Origin: Candidatus Eiseniibacteriota bacterium
GTDB lineage: Bacteria; Eisenbacteria; RBG-16-71-46; DASYSL01
Length of the DNA stretch: 60,695 nucleotides
Direction: 5' to 3'
NCBI GenBank assembly: GCA_036003365.1
Contig: DASYSL010000004.1
Coordinates: forward strand, 1 to 60,695
A program made the translations under genes and the position numbers. Position 1 is the stretch's first letter. Each line of letters opens with the position of its first letter. Shown here piece by piece: positions 48,344 through 57,277 of this stretch. The notes under the pieces were generated by a model that saw nothing but the letters and a program-made list of their open reading frames with translations, was not told the DNA's origin and searched no databases.

Positions 48344-50260
48344 ATGAGAGCAGTGCGAATCGCCGCCCTCGTGCTGTGCGCGGGGCTCCTCGGAGCTTCG
48401 CTGGCGCATGCGCAAGGAGCGCTCAAGAACTCGATCTGGGCGCGCTCGCTGAACGGTGCGTCGATCACGCTCGACGGCGTGCTGGACGAGCCACAGTGGG
48501 CGCAGGCCGAGTCAGTCTTGATTCGTTATGGAGTCGACAACGGCGTTCCGGGAAGCGGCTGGAAGCCCGAGGGCGGCCTGCCGCTACACGACTCGACGTA
48601 CTGTTGGGTCAAGTTCCTGGTCGACACCGCCAACAACCAGCTCTATCTCGGCTTCACCGTGCGGGACAGCTCGGTCGGCGGCTCGATCAACTTCAACGAG
48701 ATGGACGGCTTCCTGATGAATCTCAAGGATCACTCGAACGCGGCGCGACCCGCGCCCTCGGGCGAGTACCAGTATTCGTGGTGGGATCCGGGCGACACCT
48801 GCTGTGCCATGAATGCCGGGAAGCTGCCTCACGTCGTTTCCGGGCGCTGGGGTAATGCGGACCCCTCCAACACCCCGCGCACGCCGGAGCAGATCGCCGC
48901 TTTCGACGGCCGTACCCGGGTGCGTGGCATCTCCAACAGCGACGCCGTGCCCGACACGGGATACACGACCGAGCTGCGCATCGATCTGACCTCCGTCGGT
49001 GTGAACGCCGCCAATCCCAACGGCGACATCGTGGAGTGGAACTGCTCGGTCTACGATGCCGACTGGGAGTGGCTGAGCCCGCCCAATCCGTTCCGCGCCG
49101 GATACAACCGCGGATGGCTGGAAGACCCGTGGGGCAATGTCGCGTGGTACGACGAGGTGCGCATTCACGTGAAGCCGAGCGTGACGGTGAGCTCGGGTCC
49201 CGTGCCGGCGCTCGACCCGGAGATCCGCGTGCCCAACGGGCAGAACTTCGCGACGCCGGTGATCGATGGCCATCTCACCGACGCGATATGGGCGGCCGCG
49301 CCGTTCTTCGATATCCAATATGGCAACGATGCCTTGCGCGCCAGCTATCCGGGCGCCGGGCCCTGGCGCTCGGGTCAGTTCCAGCCCACGGTGAATGGCG
49401 GCCAGCAGTTCGTGGCCGACCCCGGGAGCGCGCGCTTCTACTACTTCTTCAAGGCCGACTCGCTCTTCCTGGGCTTCGACGTGAACGACGCGTACGTCGG
49501 CAATCATCCGGTGGAAGACCGGATGGACGGCTTCATCGTGAGCTTGAACGACTACACGGCGCGCAATCCGGATCACAATCTCGCGCCGCGGCGTCTCGAG
49601 TTCAGGGTGGGGACGGGCGGAGCCACGGTGAAGCAAGGCTATCTGCCTCTCTTGACCGACACGCTGCTCACCTCGGCCTGCGTCCTTGCGCTCAAGCCGG
49701 GGACGACCGTCGACACCACCGGCTTCGACACCGACCAGGGCTACACGGCGGAGATGAAGATCGACCTGACCAAGATCGGCTACCCGCATGGTCTGGCCGA
49801 CGGGACGCTGTGGCTCGGAGTCGACTATTACGACGGCGACACCTTCACCGACGCGACGCAGAGCTACGCCACGCGCACCTGGTTCTTCCGCGAGAGCGAC
49901 GCCTGGTGCTGCCCGGTGTGGGCCTACATGGACCCGGGCAACCTCGTGGTCGCGGTAGGAGACCAGGTGCCGAAGTACGGACAGTTCGCGCTCTTGGGCA
50001 GCTATCCGAACCCGGCCGTGTCGCAGGCCACGATCCGCTATTCGCTGCCAGAGGCGAGCGACGTGATGCTGGAGGTTTATGATGTGAAAGGCAGGCTCGT
50101 CGATCGCCGGGATCTGGGCCGTATGCAGGCCGGAGTGCAGCAGACCCCGTTGCGCTACGAAGGTCTCTCCGGCATCCACTTCTACCGGTTGAGCTTCATC
50201 AATCCCGTGACGGGCCACCAAACCGCGACTTTGGCCGGCAAGGTGATGCTCATTCAGTGA
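48344..50260 (+). CDS. Secreted protein with two CBM9/DOMON-like modules and a T9SS/FlgD-Ig-like C-terminal domain
   Basis: ATG 48344 is preceded by GAGGAGG. Signal peptide (ASLAHAQ). LDGVLDEPQWAQAE and IDGHLTDAIWAAAP are DG.LDE..W..A-type starts of CBM9-like modules. The C-terminus reads YPNPAVSQATIRYSL...VYDVKGRLV...KVMLIQ. Confidence 0.65.
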   Translation: MRAVRIAALVLCAGLLGASLAHAQGALKNSIWARSLNGASITLDGVLDEPQWAQAESVLIRYGVDNGVPGSGWKPEGGLPLHDSTYCWVKFLVDTANNQLYLGFTVRDSSVGGSINFNEMDGFLMNLKDHSNAARPAPSGEYQYSWWDPGDTCCAMNAGKLPHVVSGRWGNADPSNTPRTPEQIAAFDGRTRVRGISNSDAVPDTGYTTELRIDLTSVGVNAANPNGDIVEWNCSVYDADWEWLSPPNPFRAGYNRGWLEDPWGNVAWYDEVRIHVKPSVTVSSGPVPALDPEIRVPNGQNFATPVIDGHLTDAIWAAAPFFDIQYGNDALRASYPGAGPWRSGQFQPTVNGGQQFVADPGSARFYYFFKADSLFLGFDVNDAYVGNHPVEDRMDGFIVSLNDYTARNPDHNLAPRRLEFRVGTGGATVKQGYLPLLTDTLLTSACVLALKPGTTVDTTGFDTDQGYTAEMKIDLTKIGYPHGLADGTLWLGVDYYDGDTFTDATQSYATRTWFFRESDAWCCPVWAYMDPGNLVVAVGDQVPKYGQFALLGSYPNPAVSQATIRYSLPEASDVMLEVYDVKGRLVDRRDLGRMQAGVQQTPLRYEGLSGIHFYRLSFINPVTGHQTATLAGKVMLIQ

Positions 50261-50287
50261 TCGTTTCGATCTTCAAGACCCTCGCAG

Positions 50288-50309
50288 GGGGCGGGCCGCG
50301 GCCCGCCCC
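50288..50309 (+). terminator. GC hairpin (10-bp stem) between the CBM9-like gene and the receptor gene; possible attenuator
   Basis: ggggcgggcc-gc-ggcccgcccc followed by ttgtc. It lies 28 nt after the stop and 17 nt before the next ATG. Confidence 0.35.
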
Positions 50310-50325
50310 TTGTCAGGTCTCCCGC

Positions 50326-52950
50326 ATGGATCGATCGCTGCGCTCGGGCGCGATCTTCCTTCTCGCCGGAATCATCCTTTTGCTGCTCGGCTCTCCGGCC
50401 ATCGCCGGCACCACGGGCAAGCTCTCCGGGCGTGTCACCGACGCCAAGAAAGCCCCGCTCCCCGGCGTCACGATCTTGCTCGTCGGGCAAAGGCTCGGCG
50501 CCTTCACCGACACCGACGGCCGCTATTCGATTCTCAACATTCCGGCCGGCACCTACGACGTGAAGTTCCAGATCCTGGGTTACCGGCCGGTGACGATCAC
50601 CGGCGTGCAGGTGAACGCCGACAACACCACCTCGGCCAATCTCTCGATGGAAGAAGCGCCCGTCGAGATGAAGGAGATCGTGGTCAGCGGCAAGAGCCCG
50701 GTGGTGGACGTGCATCAGACGAGCACCATTGCCACCGTGAACAAGGAGCAGATTGCCACGCTCCCGGTGCAGGAGCTGAGCGAGATCGTGAACCTGCAGG
50801 CGGGTGTGGTCGACGGCCACTTCCGCGGCGGCCGCCTCGGTGAGGTGCAGTACCAGGTCGACGGCATCTCGATGAACAACGCCTACGACAACACGGCGAG
50901 CCTCAAGCTCGACCGCTCGCTGCTCGAGGAAGTGCAGGTCATCAGCGGCACCTTCGACGCCGAGTACGGGCAGGCGATGAGCGGGGTGGTGAACGCGGTG
51001 CTCAAGCGGGGAAGCAAGAACCTGCACTGGGACGGCGAGGCGTTCTCGGGCGGGTTCGTCTATCCCGGGCACGCCGAGGAGCGCAATCTCGAGTACGCTT
51101 TCCGGCCCACGGGCGTGCGCAACTTCCAGCTCAGCTTGACCGGTCCCACACCACAGAAGCAGACGCTCTTCCTGGCCAACTTGCAGCGCTACTACTTCGA
51201 CGACTTCGTCTACGGCAACCGCGTCTTCAATCCCGACGGCACCTTCGGCGACAATCACGAAGTGCCGCTTGGCCAGACGCGGCAGTGGTCGGGCGTAGCG
51301 AAGATCTCGAACTCATCGATCCACAACGTCGAGGCCAGCTACCAGGCGATCTTCAACACCATCGACGGCCAGCGCACCGATTACTTGTTCCGCTATGACC
51401 CCGACGGGCTCTCCAAGCAGCACACGTACTCGATCGTGCACGGCCTCGATTGGACGCACACGCTGAGCAAGAAGTCGTTCTACAGCGTCGGCCTGCGCCA
51501 GAACTACTTCAACTACGACGATCACGTGTACGAGGACCTCTACGATACCCTCTACGACCGCGCGGGTCCGCCGCACGGAAATCCCGCGCTCGGGACCGAC
51601 AATCCCTACGACGCCGGCGTGTCGCTCGCCCGCTTCCACCAGAACACCAACGCTCTGATCTTCAAGGGTTCGTTCGTGACCCAGATCACCAACGATCACC
51701 AGGTGAAGGCGGGGGGCGAATTCCAGCTTCCGAGGCTCGAGTTCGGCAACCTGGGCTACCTGATTCCCACCACGATCGCGGGCCGCGAAACGCTGCAACG
51801 GGTCGAGAGTGATCCCGCGAAGCAGCTGCCCGGGCTGGCCGTCTACCATCCGATTCAAGGCGCCGCCTATGCGCAGGAGCAGACGGAGTGGAACGATCTG
51901 AACCTGCGCGTCGGTCTGCGCCTCGACTACTTCGACGCGCGCAGCAGCGTCCCGAGCAATCTCTCGAATCCGGGCAACACCATCGAGGGCGCGCCGCCGT
52001 CACATGCGGTGGCGACGACCAAAAAGGTGACGCTCTCGCCGCGCATCGGCGTGTCCTATCCGGTGAATACGCGCGCCTCACTCTACTTCGCGTACGGGCA
52101 TTTCTATCAATTACCGCCCTTGGGCACGATCTTCACCAACGCCGACTACTCGGTGCTCGCCAACATCTCGGCCGGAGAGGACCTGGCCACGAGCAAGATT
52201 GGCACCATCGGCAATCCCGACATCAAGCCCGAGCGCACGGTTCAGTACCAGGCGGGTTACAAGCAGGCGATCAACGAGAATCTGGGGGCCGATGTCACCG
52301 TGTTCTACAAGGACATCCGTGATCTTCTCGGCACCGAGATCCTCTCGACATACAACGACGCCGAGTATCCGCGTCTCGCCAACGTCGACTTCGGCAACGT
52401 GCTTGGCGTCACGGTCGCCTTCGATCTACGGCCCAAGGGCTTGCTGGGAGGCAGCGTCGATTACACGTTCCAGCTCGCGGAAGGAAATACCAGCGATCCG
52501 CACGAGACCGCGACCCGCGCCGAAGCCGGGCTCGACGCCAACCCGCGCCTCATTCCTTTCAACTGGGATCAGCGGCACACGCTCAATCTCACGGGCACGC
52601 TCGCCAAGCCGGCGAACTGGAGCGCGAGCGCGATCTTCCGCTTCGGGAGCGGCCAGCCGTACACGCCGGCCGGCGAGTTCAGCGGCGGCACGAGCGAGAA
52701 CTCGGGACGCAAGCCGAACGCCTATCTGCTGGACCTGCGCGGGGAGAAATCGCTGCGGGCGACGGGTTTCCAGATGGGCCTGTTCGCGCGTATCTTCAAC
52801 GTATTCGACACCCGCTACTTCAACGGCACGGTTTACGACGACACCGGCAGTCCCTACTACACACTCAACCCCAACGCTCCGCCCGATCCGACCCGCTATT
52901 ACACGCCGCGTCGCATCGAGGTCGGGCTGCGCGCCGCAGCACTCAAATAG
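50326..52950 (+). CDS. TonB-dependent outer-membrane receptor with carboxypeptidase-regulatory-like N-domain
   Basis: ATG 50326. Signal peptide. GKLSGRVTDAKKAPLPGVTILLVG...GRYSILNIPAGTYDV is the CarboxypepD_reg-like domain. Plug motifs: LPVQELSEIVNLQAGV, VDGISMNN, FDAEYGQAMSGVVN. A long beta-barrel region follows. Confidence 0.9.
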   Translation: MDRSLRSGAIFLLAGIILLLLGSPAIAGTTGKLSGRVTDAKKAPLPGVTILLVGQRLGAFTDTDGRYSILNIPAGTYDVKFQILGYRPVTITGVQVNADNTTSANLSMEEAPVEMKEIVVSGKSPVVDVHQTSTIATVNKEQIATLPVQELSEIVNLQAGVVDGHFRGGRLGEVQYQVDGISMNNAYDNTASLKLDRSLLEEVQVISGTFDAEYGQAMSGVVNAVLKRGSKNLHWDGEAFSGGFVYPGHAEERNLEYAFRPTGVRNFQLSLTGPTPQKQTLFLANLQRYYFDDFVYGNRVFNPDGTFGDNHEVPLGQTRQWSGVAKISNSSIHNVEASYQAIFNTIDGQRTDYLFRYDPDGLSKQHTYSIVHGLDWTHTLSKKSFYSVGLRQNYFNYDDHVYEDLYDTLYDRAGPPHGNPALGTDNPYDAGVSLARFHQNTNALIFKGSFVTQITNDHQVKAGGEFQLPRLEFGNLGYLIPTTIAGRETLQRVESDPAKQLPGLAVYHPIQGAAYAQEQTEWNDLNLRVGLRLDYFDARSSVPSNLSNPGNTIEGAPPSHAVATTKKVTLSPRIGVSYPVNTRASLYFAYGHFYQLPPLGTIFTNADYSVLANISAGEDLATSKIGTIGNPDIKPERTVQYQAGYKQAINENLGADVTVFYKDIRDLLGTEILSTYNDAEYPRLANVDFGNVLGVTVAFDLRPKGLLGGSVDYTFQLAEGNTSDPHETATRAEAGLDANPRLIPFNWDQRHTLNLTGTLAKPANWSASAIFRFGSGQPYTPAGEFSGGTSENSGRKPNAYLLDLRGEKSLRATGFQMGLFARIFNVFDTRYFNGTVYDDTGSPYYTLNPNAPPDPTRYYTPRRIEVGLRAAALK

Positions 52951-52958
52951 GAGGTAGG

Positions 52959-55900
52959 TTGTTCCGTTCGCCCCGTGCCCGCTTGCTCGCCTTCACCTTC
53001 TCGGTCTTGGCGGCGCCTGCGTTGATGGTGCTGTCGGCGCGGGCGCAGTCGCCGCCGCCCGACAAACGGGGGCGCATCGACGCCGAGCGTGTCGGGCAGC
53101 ACGACGCGAACCGCATCCGCACCCTGTTCTGGAACTTCGGCATGGTGGGCGATTACCCGTCCGATCCCGGAAACGTGGATCTGACCACGTTCCACTCCGT
53201 CGAGGTGCCCAAGGGCTCGGGCATGAACTACTCCGACGGCATCACGCCCTTCGTGCTGGCCAAGATCAACCAGACCGACGGCTCCGAGGCCTACATCATG
53301 GAGACGGGCTACCGCGAGCGGCAGATCGCGAGCCCGATCACCAACCAGATCATGCGCTTCGAGCCGCGCCCCGGGTTCTTCCAGCCCGATCCCAACGTCA
53401 ATCGCGGGCGCTCGCCGGCCATCAGCAGCGATCCGCGGACGTGGCCGGACGCCTGGCCGGACAAGGCGAACGATCCCGACGATCCGGGCTGGCATGACAG
53501 CTGGGACGGCTACTTCGGCAAACGCGCCTCGGCCGATCAGGAAAGCTTCACGGTCATGGACGACAACTTCTACGACGCGTGGCTCTACAACCCCGACAGC
53601 ACCGACCACACGCGGCGCGGTCTCGGGCTGCGCGTCGAGGTGCGCGGGTTCCAGTGGGCGAACCCGCAGGCCGGGAACGTCATCTTCTGGCATTACGACA
53701 TCACGAACGAAGGCACGACCGACTACAACGACAACATCCTCTTCGGCCTTTACATGGACTCGGGCGTGGGCGGCTCGCAGATCGGCTGCGATCCGGGCCC
53801 CTACGAGTCCGACGACGACAACGCCTTCTTCGACCGCTCGAGCGGGCTCAATCTCGTGTACACGTGGGACAACTACGGACACGGGGTCGATCTCATCAGC
53901 AAGTGCGACAAGACCGGCTATCTCGGCTACGCGTATCTCGAGACGCCCGGAAATGCATTCGACCACGTCGATGACGATGGCGACGGCATCACCGACGAGG
54001 CGCGTGACAGCGGCCCGGGGGAAGTCATCACCGGCCAGGAGAACATCCGAGCCTACGTCAGCACGCATTACGATCTGACCAAGTTCGAGGCGTTCTACGG
54101 CCCCCTGGAGCAGCGCCCGGCCTACAAGAATGGCCGCTGGTGGACGGGCGACGAGGACATGGACTGGAACCAACCCCTGGACGACGTGGGCGCCGACGGC
54201 GTGGCGGGCACGCACGACACGGGCGAGGGCGACGGCATGCCCACGGCGGGCGAGCCCAACTTCGATCAGACCGATCTCAACGAGTCGGACCAGATCGGCC
54301 TCACCGGCTTCAAGATGAACCGCATTCGCTCCGCCGTGCCGGGCGGGCCGACGGACAACATCCTGTTCTACACCGAGAGCCAGGACTGGCCCGCCAAGCT
54401 CTATGCCCAGTTCACCGATCCCATCACCAGCAACCGTTTCGATCCACCGCTCGCCCAGAACTACAACATCGGATTCCTCTTCGCCTCGGGACCGTTCTCG
54501 CTCAAGGCGGGCAAGCACGAGCGCTTCAGCCTGGCCCTCGCCTTCGGCGGCGACCTGGACGAGCTGCGCGAGAACGTGAAGACCGTGCAGCAGATCTACA
54601 ACGCGAACTATCAGTTCGCGGTGCCGCCCAAGGCGCCCACCGTGACGGCGGAGCCGGGCGACGGCCGTGTGACGCTGTCGTGGACCGACGACTCGGAGCG
54701 CAGCGTCGACCCGGTGAGCAGCATCTTCGATTTCGAGGGTTACCGGATCTATCGCTCCACCGACCCGGAGTTCACCGATCCGCAGGTGATCTCAAACGGT
54801 CAGGGAACCGGGCCGCAGCCCGGCAATGGCAAGCCCTTGGCGCAGTTCGATCTCGTGGACGGCAAGAAGGGCTTCTCGAAGCGCACGATCAACGGCGTCG
54901 CCTACTGGCTGGGCTCGGACACCGGCATCACCCACACGTTCACCGACACGACAGCCGTGAACGGGCAGCAGTACTACTACGCGGTGACCGCCTACGACTT
55001 CGGCTATGAGCCGGGAGGCGAGTCGCTCGGCTTCTATCCTTCGGAGAACGCGATCTCCGTCCAGCGCACCACGCGCGGGGGGCTCATCCTACCCAAGAAC
55101 GTGGTCGCCGCGCGGGCCAATCCACGGGTGCCGGGTTTCGTGCCGGCCCACGCCGACAGCGCCGTGCACGTGGCCGGGAACGGCACCGGACACGTCGACG
55201 TTCAGGTCGTCAATTCCGACCTCGTGCCGGATGGTCACCTGTTCACCATGCGCTTCTCCACGCCGTCTCCGGACAGCGTGCGCGCCTCGACGTACAGCTT
55301 GAAGGACAGCACGACCGGCGAGGTGCTGTTCACCAAGGGCTCCGACATCTCCGCACAAGGGATTGGCCCCGTGGGCTCGGGCCTCTTGCCCATCGTGAGC
55401 GAGCCGCTGGCTCCCTATCCCGACACGCTGCGCAGCGGATGGGACGCCGGAAGCGCGACCGACGCCAAGGTCAATGTCTCGTACCTGCAGATCCTCGATC
55501 CCAACTACAAGCGCCCCGGCTACCCCGACGATATGACGGTCACCTTCGCGGACGCCGTGGTCGACACCGGCGTGCAGATCAACCCGATCCCGGCGACACC
55601 GGCCAAGTTCTTCGTGGTCGCGCACACCGATTCGGGCGACCTGCGCTTGAAGTTCAAATTCAAGGACACCGACCACGACGGTACCCTCAGCAGCCCGAAC
55701 GACCAGATCGACATTCTCTGCCCGGCTCCGGTGAGTGTCGACTCGCAAGTTACGTGGCGGCTGCAGCTGGCGTCGACGCCGACCAAGAAGCCGCACGCCG
55801 GGGATGTGTATCAGCTCCGCCTGATCCGGCCGCTCAATGACACCGACGTGTTCACCTTCAAGACGGGTGCGGCGCGCGTCGATGCCGCACTGGCGGCGCA

Positions 55901-56219
55901 GCAATACCAGGCCGATCCGTACGTCGTGCCCAATCCCTACGTGGGTGCTGCCAGCTTCGAGCCGGCGCGCTTCGCCATCTCGGGCCGCGGCGAGCGGCGC
56001 GTGGAATTCCGGAACGTGCCGCTGAACGCGACGGTCCGGGTGTACACGGTGCGCGGCGAGCTGGTGCAGACCCTGCACCAGGATGGCGGCACGGACGGCT
56101 TCGTGGCCTGGAATCTGCGCACCAAGGACAACCTCGACCTGGCCGCGGGCTTGTACATCTATCAGGTGGAAGCGCCGGGACAGCGCACGTTCACCGGAAA
56201 GATGGCGGTGATCAAATGA
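52959..56219 (+). CDS. 1086-aa secreted protein of unknown function with Asp-rich Ca-binding-like motifs, an FN3-like module and a T9SS/FlgD-Ig-like C-terminal domain
   Basis: TTG 52959 lies after AGGAGG. Signal peptide (MVLSARAQ). Features: DHVDDDGDGITDEARD, DDVGADGVAGTHDTGEGDGMPTAGEPNFDQTDLNESD, and PKAPTVTAEPGDGRVTLSWTDD...YRIYRS (FN3-like). The C-terminus reads VPNPY...VRVYTVRGELV...GLYIYQV...KMAVIK. Confidence 0.7.
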   Translation: MFRSPRARLLAFTFSVLAAPALMVLSARAQSPPPDKRGRIDAERVGQHDANRIRTLFWNFGMVGDYPSDPGNVDLTTFHSVEVPKGSGMNYSDGITPFVLAKINQTDGSEAYIMETGYRERQIASPITNQIMRFEPRPGFFQPDPNVNRGRSPAISSDPRTWPDAWPDKANDPDDPGWHDSWDGYFGKRASADQESFTVMDDNFYDAWLYNPDSTDHTRRGLGLRVEVRGFQWANPQAGNVIFWHYDITNEGTTDYNDNILFGLYMDSGVGGSQIGCDPGPYESDDDNAFFDRSSGLNLVYTWDNYGHGVDLISKCDKTGYLGYAYLETPGNAFDHVDDDGDGITDEARDSGPGEVITGQENIRAYVSTHYDLTKFEAFYGPLEQRPAYKNGRWWTGDEDMDWNQPLDDVGADGVAGTHDTGEGDGMPTAGEPNFDQTDLNESDQIGLTGFKMNRIRSAVPGGPTDNILFYTESQDWPAKLYAQFTDPITSNRFDPPLAQNYNIGFLFASGPFSLKAGKHERFSLALAFGGDLDELRENVKTVQQIYNANYQFAVPPKAPTVTAEPGDGRVTLSWTDDSERSVDPVSSIFDFEGYRIYRSTDPEFTDPQVISNGQGTGPQPGNGKPLAQFDLVDGKKGFSKRTINGVAYWLGSDTGITHTFTDTTAVNGQQYYYAVTAYDFGYEPGGESLGFYPSENAISVQRTTRGGLILPKNVVAARANPRVPGFVPAHADSAVHVAGNGTGHVDVQVVNSDLVPDGHLFTMRFSTPSPDSVRASTYSLKDSTTGEVLFTKGSDISAQGIGPVGSGLLPIVSEPLAPYPDTLRSGWDAGSATDAKVNVSYLQILDPNYKRPGYPDDMTVTFADAVVDTGVQINPIPATPAKFFVVAHTDSGDLRLKFKFKDTDHDGTLSSPNDQIDILCPAPVSVDSQVTWRLQLASTPTKKPHAGDVYQLRLIRPLNDTDVFTFKTGAARVDAALAAQQYQADPYVVPNPYVGAASFEPARFAISGRGERRVEFRNVPLNATVRVYTVRGELVQTLHQDGGTDGFVAWNLRTKDNLDLAAGLYIYQVEAPGQRTFTGKMAVIK

Positions 56220-57235
56220 GATCCGCGCGCGCGCTGCTTCTGGGATTCGTCCTCACGGCCACTGCCTCCGCGGCCCACGCGCAATCCAAGACCGGCACGG
56301 CCTTCGGCGACTTCCTGCTCATCGAGCCGAGCGCGCGCGCCACCGGCATGGGCAACGCCGGCGTGACGCTGCTCGACGACCAGCAGGGGGTGTACTACAA
56401 CCCGGCGGCGATCGCGGAGATCGAGCAGTACGGCGTGGCGTTTTCGCACAGCGCCTGGCTCGCCGACATCAACTACAACTACGCCGGCGTGGGCGTACCG
56501 ATGGGCAAGATCGGCAACGCCTACTTCAGCTTGACGGCCCTGTCGTCGGGCGACATCGAGGTGCGCACGGTCGCCCAGCCGCTGGGAACGGGCGAGTTCT
56601 TCCACGTCACCGACGTCGCGGCCGGCCTGGGCTACGGGCTGCGCGTGACCGACCGCTTCTCGGCCGGCCTCGAGGCCAGCTTCGTGCAAGAGACGATTTG
56701 GCACACGTCGGCGAGTGCCGTGGTCTTCAACATGGGCACGGTCTATCGCCTCTCGGAAGAAGGCCTGCACCTGGGCGCCAGCATTTCCAACTTCGGCACC
56801 GATGCCAGCTTCAGCGGCCGCGATCTCGGCGTCACTTTCGATCAGGACCCGAACGTCAACGGCGACAACGGCACGTTGCCGGCTTCCCAGCTCACGGACG
56901 CGTTCCCCTTGCCGGTGCTGTTTCGCGTGGGCCTGAGCTTGCCGCGCAAGATCGGCCCCAATGGTCAGCTCCTCATGGCCGTGGACGCGTTTCACCCCGC
57001 GGACAACACGGAGAGCGTGAGCCTGGGCACGGAGTACGCGTACCGCAACGCGTTTGCGGTGCGCGCCGGCTACCAGAACCTGTTCCAGAAGGACTCGGAG
57101 GTCGGCCTCACGCTGGGCGCCGGCCTCAAGGGCAAGCTCGGCGGCCACGGCAACGGCTACGCGATCGATTACGCGTGGGCCGACCAGGGTCGATTGAACG
57201 ACACGCATCGCATCACGGTGGCGTTACACTTCTAG
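56216..57235 (+). CDS. PorV/PorQ-family-like outer-membrane beta-barrel
   Basis: ATG 56216 overlaps the upstream stop (ATGA). Signal peptide (ASAAHAQ). GDFLLIEPSARATGMGNAGVTLLDDQQGVYYNPAAI is the characteristic N-terminal motif. Amphipathic strands alternate and the terminal residue is Phe (VALHF). Confidence 0.7.
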   Translation: MRSARALLLGFVLTATASAAHAQSKTGTAFGDFLLIEPSARATGMGNAGVTLLDDQQGVYYNPAAIAEIEQYGVAFSHSAWLADINYNYAGVGVPMGKIGNAYFSLTALSSGDIEVRTVAQPLGTGEFFHVTDVAAGLGYGLRVTDRFSAGLEASFVQETIWHTSASAVVFNMGTVYRLSEEGLHLGASISNFGTDASFSGRDLGVTFDQDPNVNGDNGTLPASQLTDAFPLPVLFRVGLSLPRKIGPNGQLLMAVDAFHPADNTESVSLGTEYAYRNAFAVRAGYQNLFQKDSEVGLTLGAGLKGKLGGHGNGYAIDYAWADQGRLNDTHRITVALHF

Positions 57236-57277
57236 AAGAGACACCCGCGGCCTCGGGGCCGGGACGGAAAGGCATCC

